A DNA stretch of 64,000 nt from Azolla caroliniana (Eukaryota > Plantae > Polypodiophyta): positions 124,001 to 188,000 of the forward strand of contig JBHGNT010000028.1 of the NCBI GenBank assembly GCA_043228905.1. The letters are read 5' to 3'. Numbering within the stretch: the first letter of the stretch is position 1; the number at the start of each line of letters is the position of its first letter. Shown here piece after piece: positions 1 to 11,665 of this stretch. A program made the position numbers and the translations under genes. The notes below the pieces were generated by a model, which was not told where the DNA came from, did no database searches, and worked only from the letters and a program-made list of their open reading frames with translations.

Positions 1-1459
1 CCCTCCTCATGTTGCTAATTTTGTCATGTCTCTCTACCTGAGTTTCAAAATCTTGAGTTTTTAATTCCATATCATATCTAGCGTTGTTAGCTTCGATTCG
101 CATGTTTGAACACAAAAGCCCGATATCACACTCGCCAGATATGAACATTTTAATTTACCTACTAGCTCTTCCCAACTCACTCCTCAAATTTGGGAATTTC
201 GTCATGTCTCTCGACCTGAGTTTCAAAATCTTGATTTTTTAATTCCATATCGTAACTAGCATTGTTAGCTTCGATTTACATGTTTGAACACAAAAATCCG
301 ATATCACACGAGCCAGGTATGATCATTTTAATTTACTCAAGGGCTCTTCTCAACTCCCTCGTCAAGGTTGCTAATTTCGTCATGTCTCTCGACCTGAGTT
401 TCAAAATCTTGATTTTTTAATTCTATATCCTAGCTAGCATTGTTAGCTTCGATTCGCATGTTTGAACACAAAAATCCGATATCCCACTCGCCAGATATGA
501 ACATTTTAATTTACCTCCTAGCTCTTCCCAACTCACTCCTCAAATTTGGGAATTTCATCATATCTCTCGACCTGAGTTTCAAAATCTTGATTTTTTAATT
601 CGAGATCATAGCTAGCGTTGTTAGCTTCGATTCGCATGTTTGAACACAAAAATCCGATATCACACTCGCCAGATATGAACATTTTAATTTACCTACTAGC
701 TCTCCCCAACTCACTCCTCAAATTTGCTAATTCCGTCATGTCTCTCGACCTGAGTTTCAAAATCTGGATTTTTTAATTCCATATCGTAACTAGCGTTGTT
801 AGCTTCGATTTACATGTTTGAACACAAAAATCCGATATCACACGAGCCAGGTATGATCATTTTAATTTACTCAAGGGCTCTTCTCAACTCCGTCGTCAAG
901 GTTGCTAATTTCTTCATGTCTCTCGACCTGAGTTTCAAAATCTTGATTTTTTAATTCCATATCATAGCTAGCGTTGTTAGCTTCGATTCGCATGTTTGAA
1001 CACAAAAATCCGATATCACACTCGCCAGATATGAACATTTTAATTTACCTACTAGCTCTCCCCAACTCACTCCTCAAATTTGCTAATTCCGTCATGTCTC
1101 TCGACATGAGTTTCAAAATCTTGATTTTTTAATTCCATATCATAGCTAGCGTTGTTAGCTTCGATTCGCATGTTTGAACACAAAAATCCGATATCACACT
1201 CGCCAGATATGAACATTTTAATTTACCTAGCAGCTCTTCCCAACTCACTCCTCAAATTTGCTAATTTTGTCATGTCTCTCGACATGAGTTTCAAAATCTT
1301 GATTTTTTAATTCCATATCATAGCTAGCGTTAGCTTCGATTCGCATGTTTGAACACAGACATCCGATATCACACTCGCCAGATATGAACATTTTAATTTA
1401 CCTAGCAGCTCTTCCCAACTCACTCCTCAAATTTGCTAATTTCGTCATGTCTCTCGACA

Positions 1460-3274
1460 TGAGTTTCAAAATCTTGATTTTTTAATTCCATATCATAGCT
1501 CGCGTTGTTAGCTTCGATTCGCATGTTTGAACACAAAAATCCGATATCACACTCGCCAGTTATGAACATTTTAATTTACCTACTAGCTCTTCCCAACTCC
1601 CTCCTCATGTTGCTAATTTCGTCATGTCTCTCGACGTGAGTTTCAAAATCTTGATTTTTTAATGCCATATCATAGCTAACGTTGTTAGCTTCGATTCACA
1701 TGATTGAACACAAAAATCCGATATCACACTCGCCAGTTATGAACATTTTAATTTACCTACTAGCTCTTCCCAACTCCCTCCTCATGTTGCTAATTTCGTG
1801 ATGTCTCTCGACCTGAGTTTCAAAATCTTGATTTTTTAATTCCATATCATAGCTAGCGTTGTCAGCTTCGATTCGCATGTTTGAACACAAAAATCCGATA
1901 TCCCACTCGCCAGATATGAACATTTTAATTTACCTCCTAGCTCTTCCCAACTCACTCCTCAAATTTGGGAATTTCGTCATATCTCTCGACCTGAGTTTCA
2001 AAATCTTGATTTTTTAATTCGAGATCATAGCTAGCGTTGTTAGCTTCGATTCGCATGTTTGAACACAAAAATCCGATATCACACTCGCCAGATATGAACA
2101 TTTAAATTTACCTACTAGCTCTTCCCAACTCACTCCTCAAATTTGGGAATTTCGTCATGTCTCTCGACCTGAGTTTCAAAATCTTGATTTTTTAATTCCA
2201 TATCGTAGCTAGCGTTGTTAGCTTCGATTCACATCTTTGAACACAAAAATCCAATATCACACGAGCTAGGTATGATCATTTTAATTTACTCAAGAGCTCT
2301 TCCCAACTCCCTCCTCATGTAGCTAATTTTGTCATTTCTCTCGACCTGAGTTTCAAAATCTTGATTTTTTAATTCCATATCATAGCTCGCGTTGTTAGCT
2401 TCGATTCGCATGTTTGAACACAAAAATCCGATATCACACTCGCCAGTTATGAACATTTTAATTTACCTACTAGCTCTTCCCAACTCCCTCCTCATGTTGC
2501 TAATTTCGTCATGTCTCTCGACGTGAGTTTCAAAATCTTGATTTTTTAATGCCATATCATAGCTAACGTTGTTAGCTTCGATTCACATGATTGAACACAA
2601 AAATCCGATATCACACTCGCCAGTTATGAACATTTTAATTTACCTACTAGCTCTTCCCAACTCCCTCCTCATGTTGCTAATTTCGTGATGTCTCTCGACC
2701 TGAGTTTCAAAATCTTGATTTTTTAATTCCATATCATAGCTAGCGTTGTCAGCTTCGATTCGCATGTTTGAACACAAAAATCCGATATCCCACTCGCCAG
2801 ATATGAACATTTTAATTTACCTCCTAGCTCTTCCCAACTCACTCCTCAAATTTGGGAATTTCGTCATATCTCTCGACCTGAGTTTCAAAATCTTGATTTT
2901 TTAATTCGAGATCATAGCTAGCGTTGTTAGCTTCGATTCGCATGTTTGAACACAAAAATCCGATATCACACTCGCCAGATATGAACATTTGAATTTACCT
3001 ACTAGCTCTTCCCAACTCACTCCTCAAATTTGGGAATTTCGTCATGTCTCTCGACCTGAGTTTCAAAATCTTGATTTTTTAATTCCATATCGTAGCTAGC
3101 GTTGTTAGCTTCGATTCACATCTTTGAACACAAAAATCCGATATCACACGAGCTAGGTATGATCATTTTAATTTACTCAAGAGCTCTTCCCAACTCCCTC
3201 CTCATGTAGCTAATTTTGTCATTTCTCTCGACCTGAGTTTCAAAATCTTGATTTTTTAATTCCATATCATAGCT
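1460..3274. repeat. Tandem duplication of a 5-monomer block (887 bp)
   Basis: Markers CGTGATG (1797/2684) and ACATCTTTG (2231/3118) are offset by 887. Boundaries approximate. Confidence 0.85.
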
Positions 3275-6200
3275 AGCGTTGTTAGCTTCGATTCGCATGT
3301 TTGAACACAAAAATCCGATATCCCACTCGCCAGATATGAAGATTTTAATTTACCTACTAGCTCTTCGCAACTCACTCCTCAAATTTGGGAATTTCGTCAT
3401 GTCTCTCGACCTGAGTTTCAAAATCTTGATTTTTTAATTCCATATCATAGCTAACGTTGTTAGCTTCGATTCACATGATTGAACACAAAAATCCGATATC
3501 ACACTCGCCAGTTATGAACATTTTAATTTACCTACTAGCTCTTCCCAACTCCCTCCTCATGTTGCTAATTTTGTCATGTCTCTCTACCTGAGTTTCAAAA
3601 TCTTGAGTTTTTAATTCCATATCATATCTAGCGTTGTTAGCTTCGATTCGCATGTTTGAACACAAAAGCCCGATATCACACTCGCCAGATATGAACATTT
3701 TAATTTACCTACTAGCTCTTCCCAACTCACTCCTCAAATTTGGGAATTTCGTCATGTCTCTCGACCTGAGTTTCAAAATCTTGATTTTTTAATTCCATAT
3801 CGTAACTAGCATTGTTAGCTTCGATTTACATGTTTGAACACAAAAATCCGATATCACACGAGCCAGGTATGATCATTTTAATTTACTCAAGGGCTCTTCT
3901 CAACTCCCTCGTCAAGGTTGCTAATTTCGTCATGTCTCTCGACCTGAGTTTCAAAATCTTGATTTTTTTATTCTATATCCTAGCTAGCATTGTTAGCTTC
4001 GATTCGCATGTTTGAACACAAAAATCCGATATCCCACTCGCCAGATATGAACATTTTAATTTACCTCCTAGCTCTTCCCAACTCACTCCTCAAATTTGGG
4101 AATTTCGTCATATCTCTCGACCTGAGTTTCAAAATCTTGATTTTTTAATTCGAGATCATAGCTAGCGTTGTTAGCTTCGATTCGCATGTTTGAACACAAA
4201 AATCCGATATCACACTCGCCAGATATGAACATTTTAATTTACCTACTAGCTCTTCCCAACTCACTCCTCAAATTTGCTAATTTCGTCATGTCTCTCGACA
4301 TGAGTTTCAAAATCTTGATTTTTTAATTCCATATCATAGCTAGCGTTGTTAGCTTCGATTCGCATGTTTGAACACAAAAATCCGATATCACACTCGCCAG
4401 ATATGAACATTTTAATTTACCTAGCAGCTCTTCCCAACTCACTCCTCAAATTTGCTAATTTCGTCATGTCTCTCGACATGAGTTTCAAAATCTTGATTTT
4501 TTAATTCCATATCATAGCTTGCGTTGTTAGTTTCGATTCGCATGTTTGAACACAAAAATCCGATATCACACTCGCCAGATATGAACATTTTAATTTACCT
4601 ACTAGCTCTTCCCAACTCACTCCTCAAATTTGGGAATTTCGTCATGTCTATCGACCTGAGTTTCAAAATCTGGATTTTTTAACTCCATATCGTAACTAGC
4701 GTTGTTAGCTTCGATTTACATGTTTGAACACAAAAATCCGATATCACACGAGCCAGGTATGATCATTTTAATTTACTCAAGGGCTCTTCTCAACTCCGTC
4801 GTCAAGGTTGCTAATTTTTTCATGTCTCTCGACCTGAGTTTCAAAATCTTGATTTTTTAATTCCATATCATAGCTAGCGTTGTTAGCTTCGATTCGCATG
4901 TTTGAACACAAAAAACCGATATCACACGCACCAGATATGAACATTTTAATTTACCTACTAGCTCTTCCCAACTCACTCCTCAAATTTGGGAATTTCGTCA
5001 TATCTCTCGACCTGAGTTTCAAAATCTTGATTTTTTAATTCGAGATCATAGCTAGCGTTGTTAGCTTCGATTCGCATGTTTGAACACAAAAATCCGATAT
5101 CACACTCGCCAGATATGAACATTTTAATTTACCTACTAGCTCTCCCCAACTCACTCCTCAAATTTGCTAATTCCGTCATGTCTCTCTACCTGAGTTTCAA
5201 AATCTTGATTTTTTAATTCCATATCATAGCTCGCGTTGTTAGCTTCGATTCGCATGTTTGAACACAAAAATCCGATATCACACTCGCCAGATATGAACAT
5301 TTTAATTTACCTACTAGCTCTTCCCAACTCACTCCTCAAATTTGGGAATTTCATCATGTCTCTCGACCTGAGTTTCAAAATCTGGATTTTTTAATTCCAT
5401 ATCATAGCTAGCGTTGTTAGCTTCGATTCGCATGTTTGAACACAAAAATCCGATATCACACTCGCCAGATATGAACATTTTAATTTACCTACTAGCTCTC
5501 CCCAACTCACTCCTCAAATTTGCTAATTCCGTCATGTCTCTCGACCTGAGTTTCAAAATCTTGATTTTTTAATTCCATATCGTAACTAGCGTTGTTAGCT
5601 TCGATTCGCATGTTTGAACACAAAAATCCGATATCCCACTCGCCAGATATGAACATTTTAATTTACCTACTAGCTCTCCCCAACTCACTCCTCAAATTTG
5701 CTAATTCCGTCATGTCTCTCGACATGAGTTTCAAAATCTTGATTTTTTAATTCCATATCATAGCTAGCGTTGTTAGCCTCGATTCGCATGTTTGAACACA
5801 AAAATCCGATATCACACTCGCCAGATATGAACATTTTAATTTACCTAGCAGCTCTTCCCAACTCACTCCTCAAATTTGCTAATTTCGTCATGTCTCTCGA
5901 CATGAGTTTCAAAATCTTGATTTTTTAATTCCATATCATAGCTCGCGTTGTTAGTTTCGATTCGCATGTTTGAACACAAAAATCCGATATCACACTCGCC
6001 AGATATGAACATTTTAATTTACCTACTAGCTCTTCCCAACTCACTCCTCAAATTTGGGAATTTCGTCATGTCTCTCGACATGAGTTTCAAAATCTTGATT
6101 TTTTAATTCCATATCATAGCTAGCGTTGTTAGCTTCGATTCGCATGTTTGAACACAGAAATCCGATATCACACTCGCCAGATATGAACATTTTAATTTAC

Positions 6201-6303
6201 CTACTAGCTCTTCCCAACTCACTCCTCAAATTTGGGAATTTCGTCATGTCTCTCGACCTGAGTTTCAAAATCTGGATTTTTTAATTCCATATCGTAACTA
6301 GCG

Positions 6304-9300
6304 TTGTTAGCTTCGATTTACATGTTTGAACACAAAAATCCGATATCACACGAGCCAGGTATGATCATTTTAATTTACTCAAGGGCTCTTCTCAACTCCG
6401 TCGTCAAGGTTGCTAATTTTTTCATGTCTCTCGACCTGAGTTTCAAAATCTTGATTTTTTAATTCCATATCATAGCTAGCGTTGTTAGCTTCGATTCGCA
6501 TGTTTGAACACAAAAAACCGATATCACACGCACCAGATATGAACATTTTAATTTACCTACTAGCTCTTCCCAACTCACTCCTCAAATTTGGGAATTTCGT
6601 CATATCTCTCGACCTGAGTTTCAAAATCTTGATTTTTTAATTCGAGATCATAGCTACCGTTGTTAGCTTCGATTCGCATGTTTGAACACAAAAATCCGAT
6701 ATCACACTCGCCAGATATGAACATTTTAATTTACCTACTAGCTCTCCCCAACTCACTCCTCAAATTTGCTAATTCCGTCATGTCTCTCTACCTGAGTTTC
6801 AAAATCTTGATTTTTTAATTCCATATCATAGCTCGCGTTGTTAGCTTCGATTCGCATGTTTGAACACAAAAATCCGATATCACACTCGCCAGATATGAAC
6901 ATTTTAATTTACCTACTAGCTCTTCCCAACTCACTCCTCAAATTTGGGAATTTCGTCATGTCTCTCGACCTGAGTTTCAAAATCTGGATTTTTTAACTCC
7001 ATATCGTAACTAGCGTTGTTAGTTTCGATTTACATGTTTGAACACAAAAATCCGATATCACACGAGCCAGGTATGATCATTTTAATTTACTCAAGGGCTC
7101 TTCTCAACTCCGTCGTCAAGGTTGCTAATTTTTTCATGTCTCTCGACCTGAGTTTCAAAATCTTGATTTTTTAATTCCATATCATAGCTAGCGTTGTTAG
7201 CTTCGATTCGCATGTTTGAACACAAAAAACCGATATCACACGCACCAGATATGAACATTTTAATTTACCTACTAGCTCTTCCCAACTCACTCCTCAAATT
7301 TGGGAATTTCGTCATATCTCTCGACCTGAGTTTCAAAATCTTGATTTTTTAATTCGAGATCATAGCTAGCGTTGTTAGCTTCGATTCGCATGTTTGAACA
7401 CAAAAATCCGATATCACACTCGCCAGATATGAACATTTTAATTTACCTACTAGCTCTCCCCAACTCACTCCTCAAATTTGCTAATTCCGTCATGTCTCTC
7501 TACCTGAGTTTCAAAATCTTGATTTTTTAATTCCATATCATAGCTCGCGTTGTTAGCTTCGATTCGCATGTTTGAACACAAAAATCCGATATCACACTCG
7601 CCAGATATGAACATTTTAATTTACCTACTAGCTCTTCCCAACTCACTCCTCAAATTTGGGAATTTCGTCATGTCTCTCGACCTGAGTTTCAAAATCTGGA
7701 TATTTTAATTCCATATCATAGCTAGCGTTGTTAGCTTCGATTCGCATGTTTGAACACAAAAATCCGATATCACACTCGCCAGATATGAACATTTTAATTT
7801 ACCTACTAGCTCTCCCCAACTCACTCCTCAAATTTGCTAATTCCGTCATGTCTCTCGACCTGAGTTTCAAAATCTTGATTTTTTAATTCCATATCGTAAC
7901 TAGCGTTGTTAGCTTCGATTCGCATGTTTGAACACAAAAATCCGATATCCCACTCGCCAGATATGAACATTTTAATTTACCTACTAGCTCTTCCCAACTC
8001 ACTCCTCAAATTTGGGAATTTCGTCATGTCTCTCGACCTGAGTTTCAAAATCTTGATTTTTTAATTCCATATCATAGCTAACATTGTTAGCTTCGATTTA
8101 CATGTTTGAACACAAAAATCCGATATCACACGAGCCAGGTATGATCATTTTAATTTACTCAAGGGCTCTTCTCAACTCCGTCGTCAAGGTTGCTAATTTT
8201 TTCATGTCTCTCGACCTGAGTTTCAAAATCTTGATTTTTTAATTCCATATCATAGGTAGCGTTGTTAGCTTCGATTCGCATGTTTGAACACAAAAAACCG
8301 ATATCACACGCACCAGATATGAACATTTTAATTTACCTACTAGCTCTTCCCAACTCACTCCTCAAATTTGGGAATTTCGTCATATCTCTCGACCTGAGTT
8401 TCAAAATCTTGATTTTTTAATTCGAGATCATAGCTACCGTTGTTAGCTTCGATTCGCATGTTTGAACACAAAAATCCGATATCACACTCGCCAGATATGA
8501 ACATTTTAATTTACCTACTAGCTCTCCCCAACTCACTCCTCAAATTTGCTAATTCCGTCATGTCTCTCTACCTGAGTTTCAAAATCTTGATTTTTTAATT
8601 CCATATCATAGCTCGCGTTGTTAGCTTCGATTCGCATGTTTGAACACAAAAATCCGATATCACACTCGCCAGATATGAACATTTTAATTTACCTACTAGC
8701 TCTTCCCAACTCACTCCTCAAATTTGGGAATTTCGTCATGTCTCTCGACCTGAGTTTCAAAATCTGGATTTTTTAACCCCATATCGTAACTAGCGTTGTT
8801 AGTTTCGATTTACATGTTTGAACACAAAAATCCGATATCACACGAGCCAGGTATGATCATTTTAATTTACTCAAGGGCTCTTCTCAACTCCGTCGTCAAG
8901 GTTGCTAATTTTTTCATGTCTCTCGACCTGAGTTTCAAAATCTTGATTTTTTAATTCCATATCATAGCTAGCGTTGTTAGCTTCGATTCGCATGTTTGAA
9001 CACAAAAAACCGATATCACACGCACCAGATATGAACATTTTAATTTACCTACTAGCTCTTCCCAACTCACTCCTCAAATTTGGGAATTTCGTCATATCTC
9101 TCGACCTGAGTTTCAAAATCTTGATTTTTTAATTCGAGATCATAGCTAGCGTTGTTAGCTTCGATTCGCATGTTTGAACACAAAAATCCGATATCACACT
9201 CGCCAGATATGAACATTTTAATTTACCTACTAGCTCTCCCCAACTCACTCCTCAAATTTGCTAATTCCGTCATGTCTCTCTACCTGAGTTTCAAAATCTT

Positions 9301-9877
9301 GATTTTTTAATTGCATATCATAGCTCGCGTTGTTAGCTTCGATTCGCATGTTTGAACACAAAAATCCGATATCACACTCGCCAGATATGAACATTTTAAT
9401 TTACCTACTAGCTCTTCCCAACTCACTCCTCAAATTTGGGAATTTCGTCATGTCTCTCGACCTGAGTTTCAAAATCTGGATATTTTAATTCCATATCATA
9501 GCTAGCGTTGTTAGCTTCGATTCGCATGTTTGAACACAAAAATCCGATATCACACTCGCCAGATATGAACATTTTAATTTACCTACTAGCTCTCCCCAAC
9601 TCACTCCTCAAATTTGCTAATTCCGTCATGTCTCTCGACCTGAGTTTCAAAATCTTGATTTTTTAATTCCATATCGTAACTAGCGTTGTTAGCTTCGATT
9701 CGCATGTTTGAACACAAAAATCCGATATCCCACTCGCCAGATATGAACATTTTAATTTACCTACTAGCTCTTCCCAACTCACTCCTCAAATTTGGGAATT
9801 TCGTCATGTCTCTCGACCTGAGTTTCAAAATCTTGATTTTTTAATTCCATATCATAGCTAACATTGTTAGCTTCGAT
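6304..9877. repeat. Tandem duplication of a 10-monomer block (1,780 bp)
   Basis: Markers TAGCTACCGT (6651/8431) and GGATATTTT (7698/9478) are offset by 1780. Confidence 0.88.
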
Positions 9878-10985
9878 TCACATGATTGAACACAAAAATC
9901 CGATATCACACTCGCCAGTTATGAACATTTTAATTTACCTACTAGCTCTTCCCAACTCCCTCCTAATGTTGCTAATTTCGTCATGTCTCTCGACCTGAGT
10001 TTCAAAATCTTGATTTTTTAATTCGAGATCATAGCTAGCGTTGTTAGCTTCGATTCGCATGTTTGAACACAAAAATCCGATATCACACGCACCAGATATG
10101 AACATTTTAATTTACCTACTAGCTCTTCCCAACTCACTCCTCAAATTTGGGAATTTCGTCATATCTCTCGACCTGAGTTTCAAAATCTTGATTTTTTAAT
10201 TCGAGATCATAGCTAGCGTTGTTAGCTTCGATTCGCATGTTTGAACACAAAAATCCGATATCACACTCGCCAGATATGAACATTTTAATTTACCTACTAG
10301 CTCTCCCCAACTCACTCCTCAAATTTGCTAATTCCGTCATGTCTCTCGACATGAGTTTCAAAATCTTGATTTTTTAATTCGATATCATAGCTAGCGTTGT
10401 TAGCTTCGATTCGCATGTTTGAACACAAAAATCCGATATCACACTCGCCAGATATGAACATTTTAATTTACCTAGCAGCTCTTCCCAACTCACTCCTCAA
10501 ATTTGCTAATTTCGTCATGTCTCTCGACATGAGTTTCAAAATCTTGATTTTTTAATTCCATATCATAGCTAGCGTTGTTAGCTTCGATTCGCATGTTTGA
10601 ACACAGAAATCCGATATCACACTCGCCAGATATGAACATTTTAATTTACCTACTAGCTCTTCCCAACTTACTCCTCAAATTTGGGAATTTCGTCATGTCT
10701 CTCGACCTGAGTTTCAAAATCTGGATTTTTTAATTCCATATCGTAACTAGCGTTGTTAGCTTCGATTTACATGTTTGAACACAAAAATCCGATATCACAC
10801 GAGCCAGGTATGATCATTTTAATTTACTCAAGGGCTCTTCTCAACTCCGTCGTCAAGGTTGCTAATTTCTTCATGTCTCTCGACCTGAGTTTCAAAATCT
10901 TGATTTTTTAATTCCATATCATAGCTAGCGTTGTTAGCTTCGATTCGCATGTTTGAACACAAAAATCGGATATCACACTCGCCAG

Positions 10986-10990
10986 ATATG
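10986..10990. other. Target-site duplication, left copy (ATATG)
   Basis: ATATG flanks the element on both sides; intact monomers carry a single ATATG at this position. Confidence 0.96.
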
Positions 10991-11653
10991 TGTAGAGATT
11001 TGACGCTATCCAATCTTTCGCCTCTCGGCGACAACCGAGACAACGCGGATCAATACAACAGAAAATGGGAAAGAAAAAAAACAGAGAGACGACTACACAG
11101 GGTATAACGTGGAAAACCCTAAACGGGAAAAACCACGGGAGTGCACGACTCCAACTATCACTATACACTGGAATATACAATGGCGAGCTGCAAGGCGACG
11201 ACCTTGAGCTCGCTGTCCTCGCCACAGGCGGCGGTATTACACAGAGGCGTCGACCTCTTCGTTTCTGTCTCTCTCTCTCTCTCTCTCGGCTGCTCTCACT
11301 TCTCATGAAAAATGAGCAACACCATAAACTGTTTGCCCTAAGTCATATTTATACACATATGACTTTCGGACTATTTACACATATAGCCTCAAGGGCTCTT
11401 GGCAAACATATTTATAAATATGTCCCCGCATCCGGATCTCTCTCCGGGTACATTCATCATCCGGCTCGGAGCCGGGTCTTCGTCATCCGGATCCGTATCC
11501 GGGTACTTCATCATCCGGATCCGTATCCGGGTACTTCATCATCCGGAGAGTGCGCTCAACGGACCTGTATCTTCATCCGGTTCCGTAACCGTAACCGGGC
11601 TTGCCGTCATTCATCTCCGGACATCCCATCCGGAGGGACCGAAAATCCCAACA
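10991..11653 (-). repeat. 3' LTR (663 bp)
   Basis: Identical to the 5' LTR in line-by-line comparison except 11030 G vs 15810 C and 11644 A vs 16424 T (661/663). It is preceded on the minus strand by the PPT. Confidence 0.97.
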
Positions 11654-11665
11654 AACTCCCCCTTC
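11654..11665 (-). promoter_or_regulatory. Polypurine tract
   Basis: Minus strand GAAGGGGGAG-TT immediately before the TG of the 3' LTR; it overlaps the TGA stop codon. Confidence 0.92.

Larger units (their letters stand above)
1..10990. repeat. Tandem satellite array, 177/178-bp monomer (~62 monomers), left of the retrotransposon; continues beyond window start
   Basis: The unit AACACAAAAATCCGATATCACACTCGCCAGATATGAACATTTTAATTTACCTACTAGCTCTTCCCAACTCACTCCTCAAATTTGGGAATTTCGTCATGTCTCTCGACCTGAGTTTCAAAATCTTGATTTTTTAATTCCATATCATAGCTAGCGTTGTTAGCTTCGATTCGCATGTTTG recurs head-to-tail (e.g. AGATATGAAC at 6001 and 6179 = 178 bp). The 177-bp class has CTCCCTCCTCATGTTGCT in place of CTCACTCCTCAAATTTGGG/GCT. 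It is AT-rich and of nucleosome-scale length, typical of plant centromeric satellites (the centromeric role is inference). Confidence 0.98.

Noticed and set aside
1-10990. Identification as Arabidopsis CEN178 or Brassica CentBr because of monomer length
   Set aside because: The sequence does not match those consensus sequences as I recall them; similar length is common among unrelated plant satellites. The species is left unassigned.
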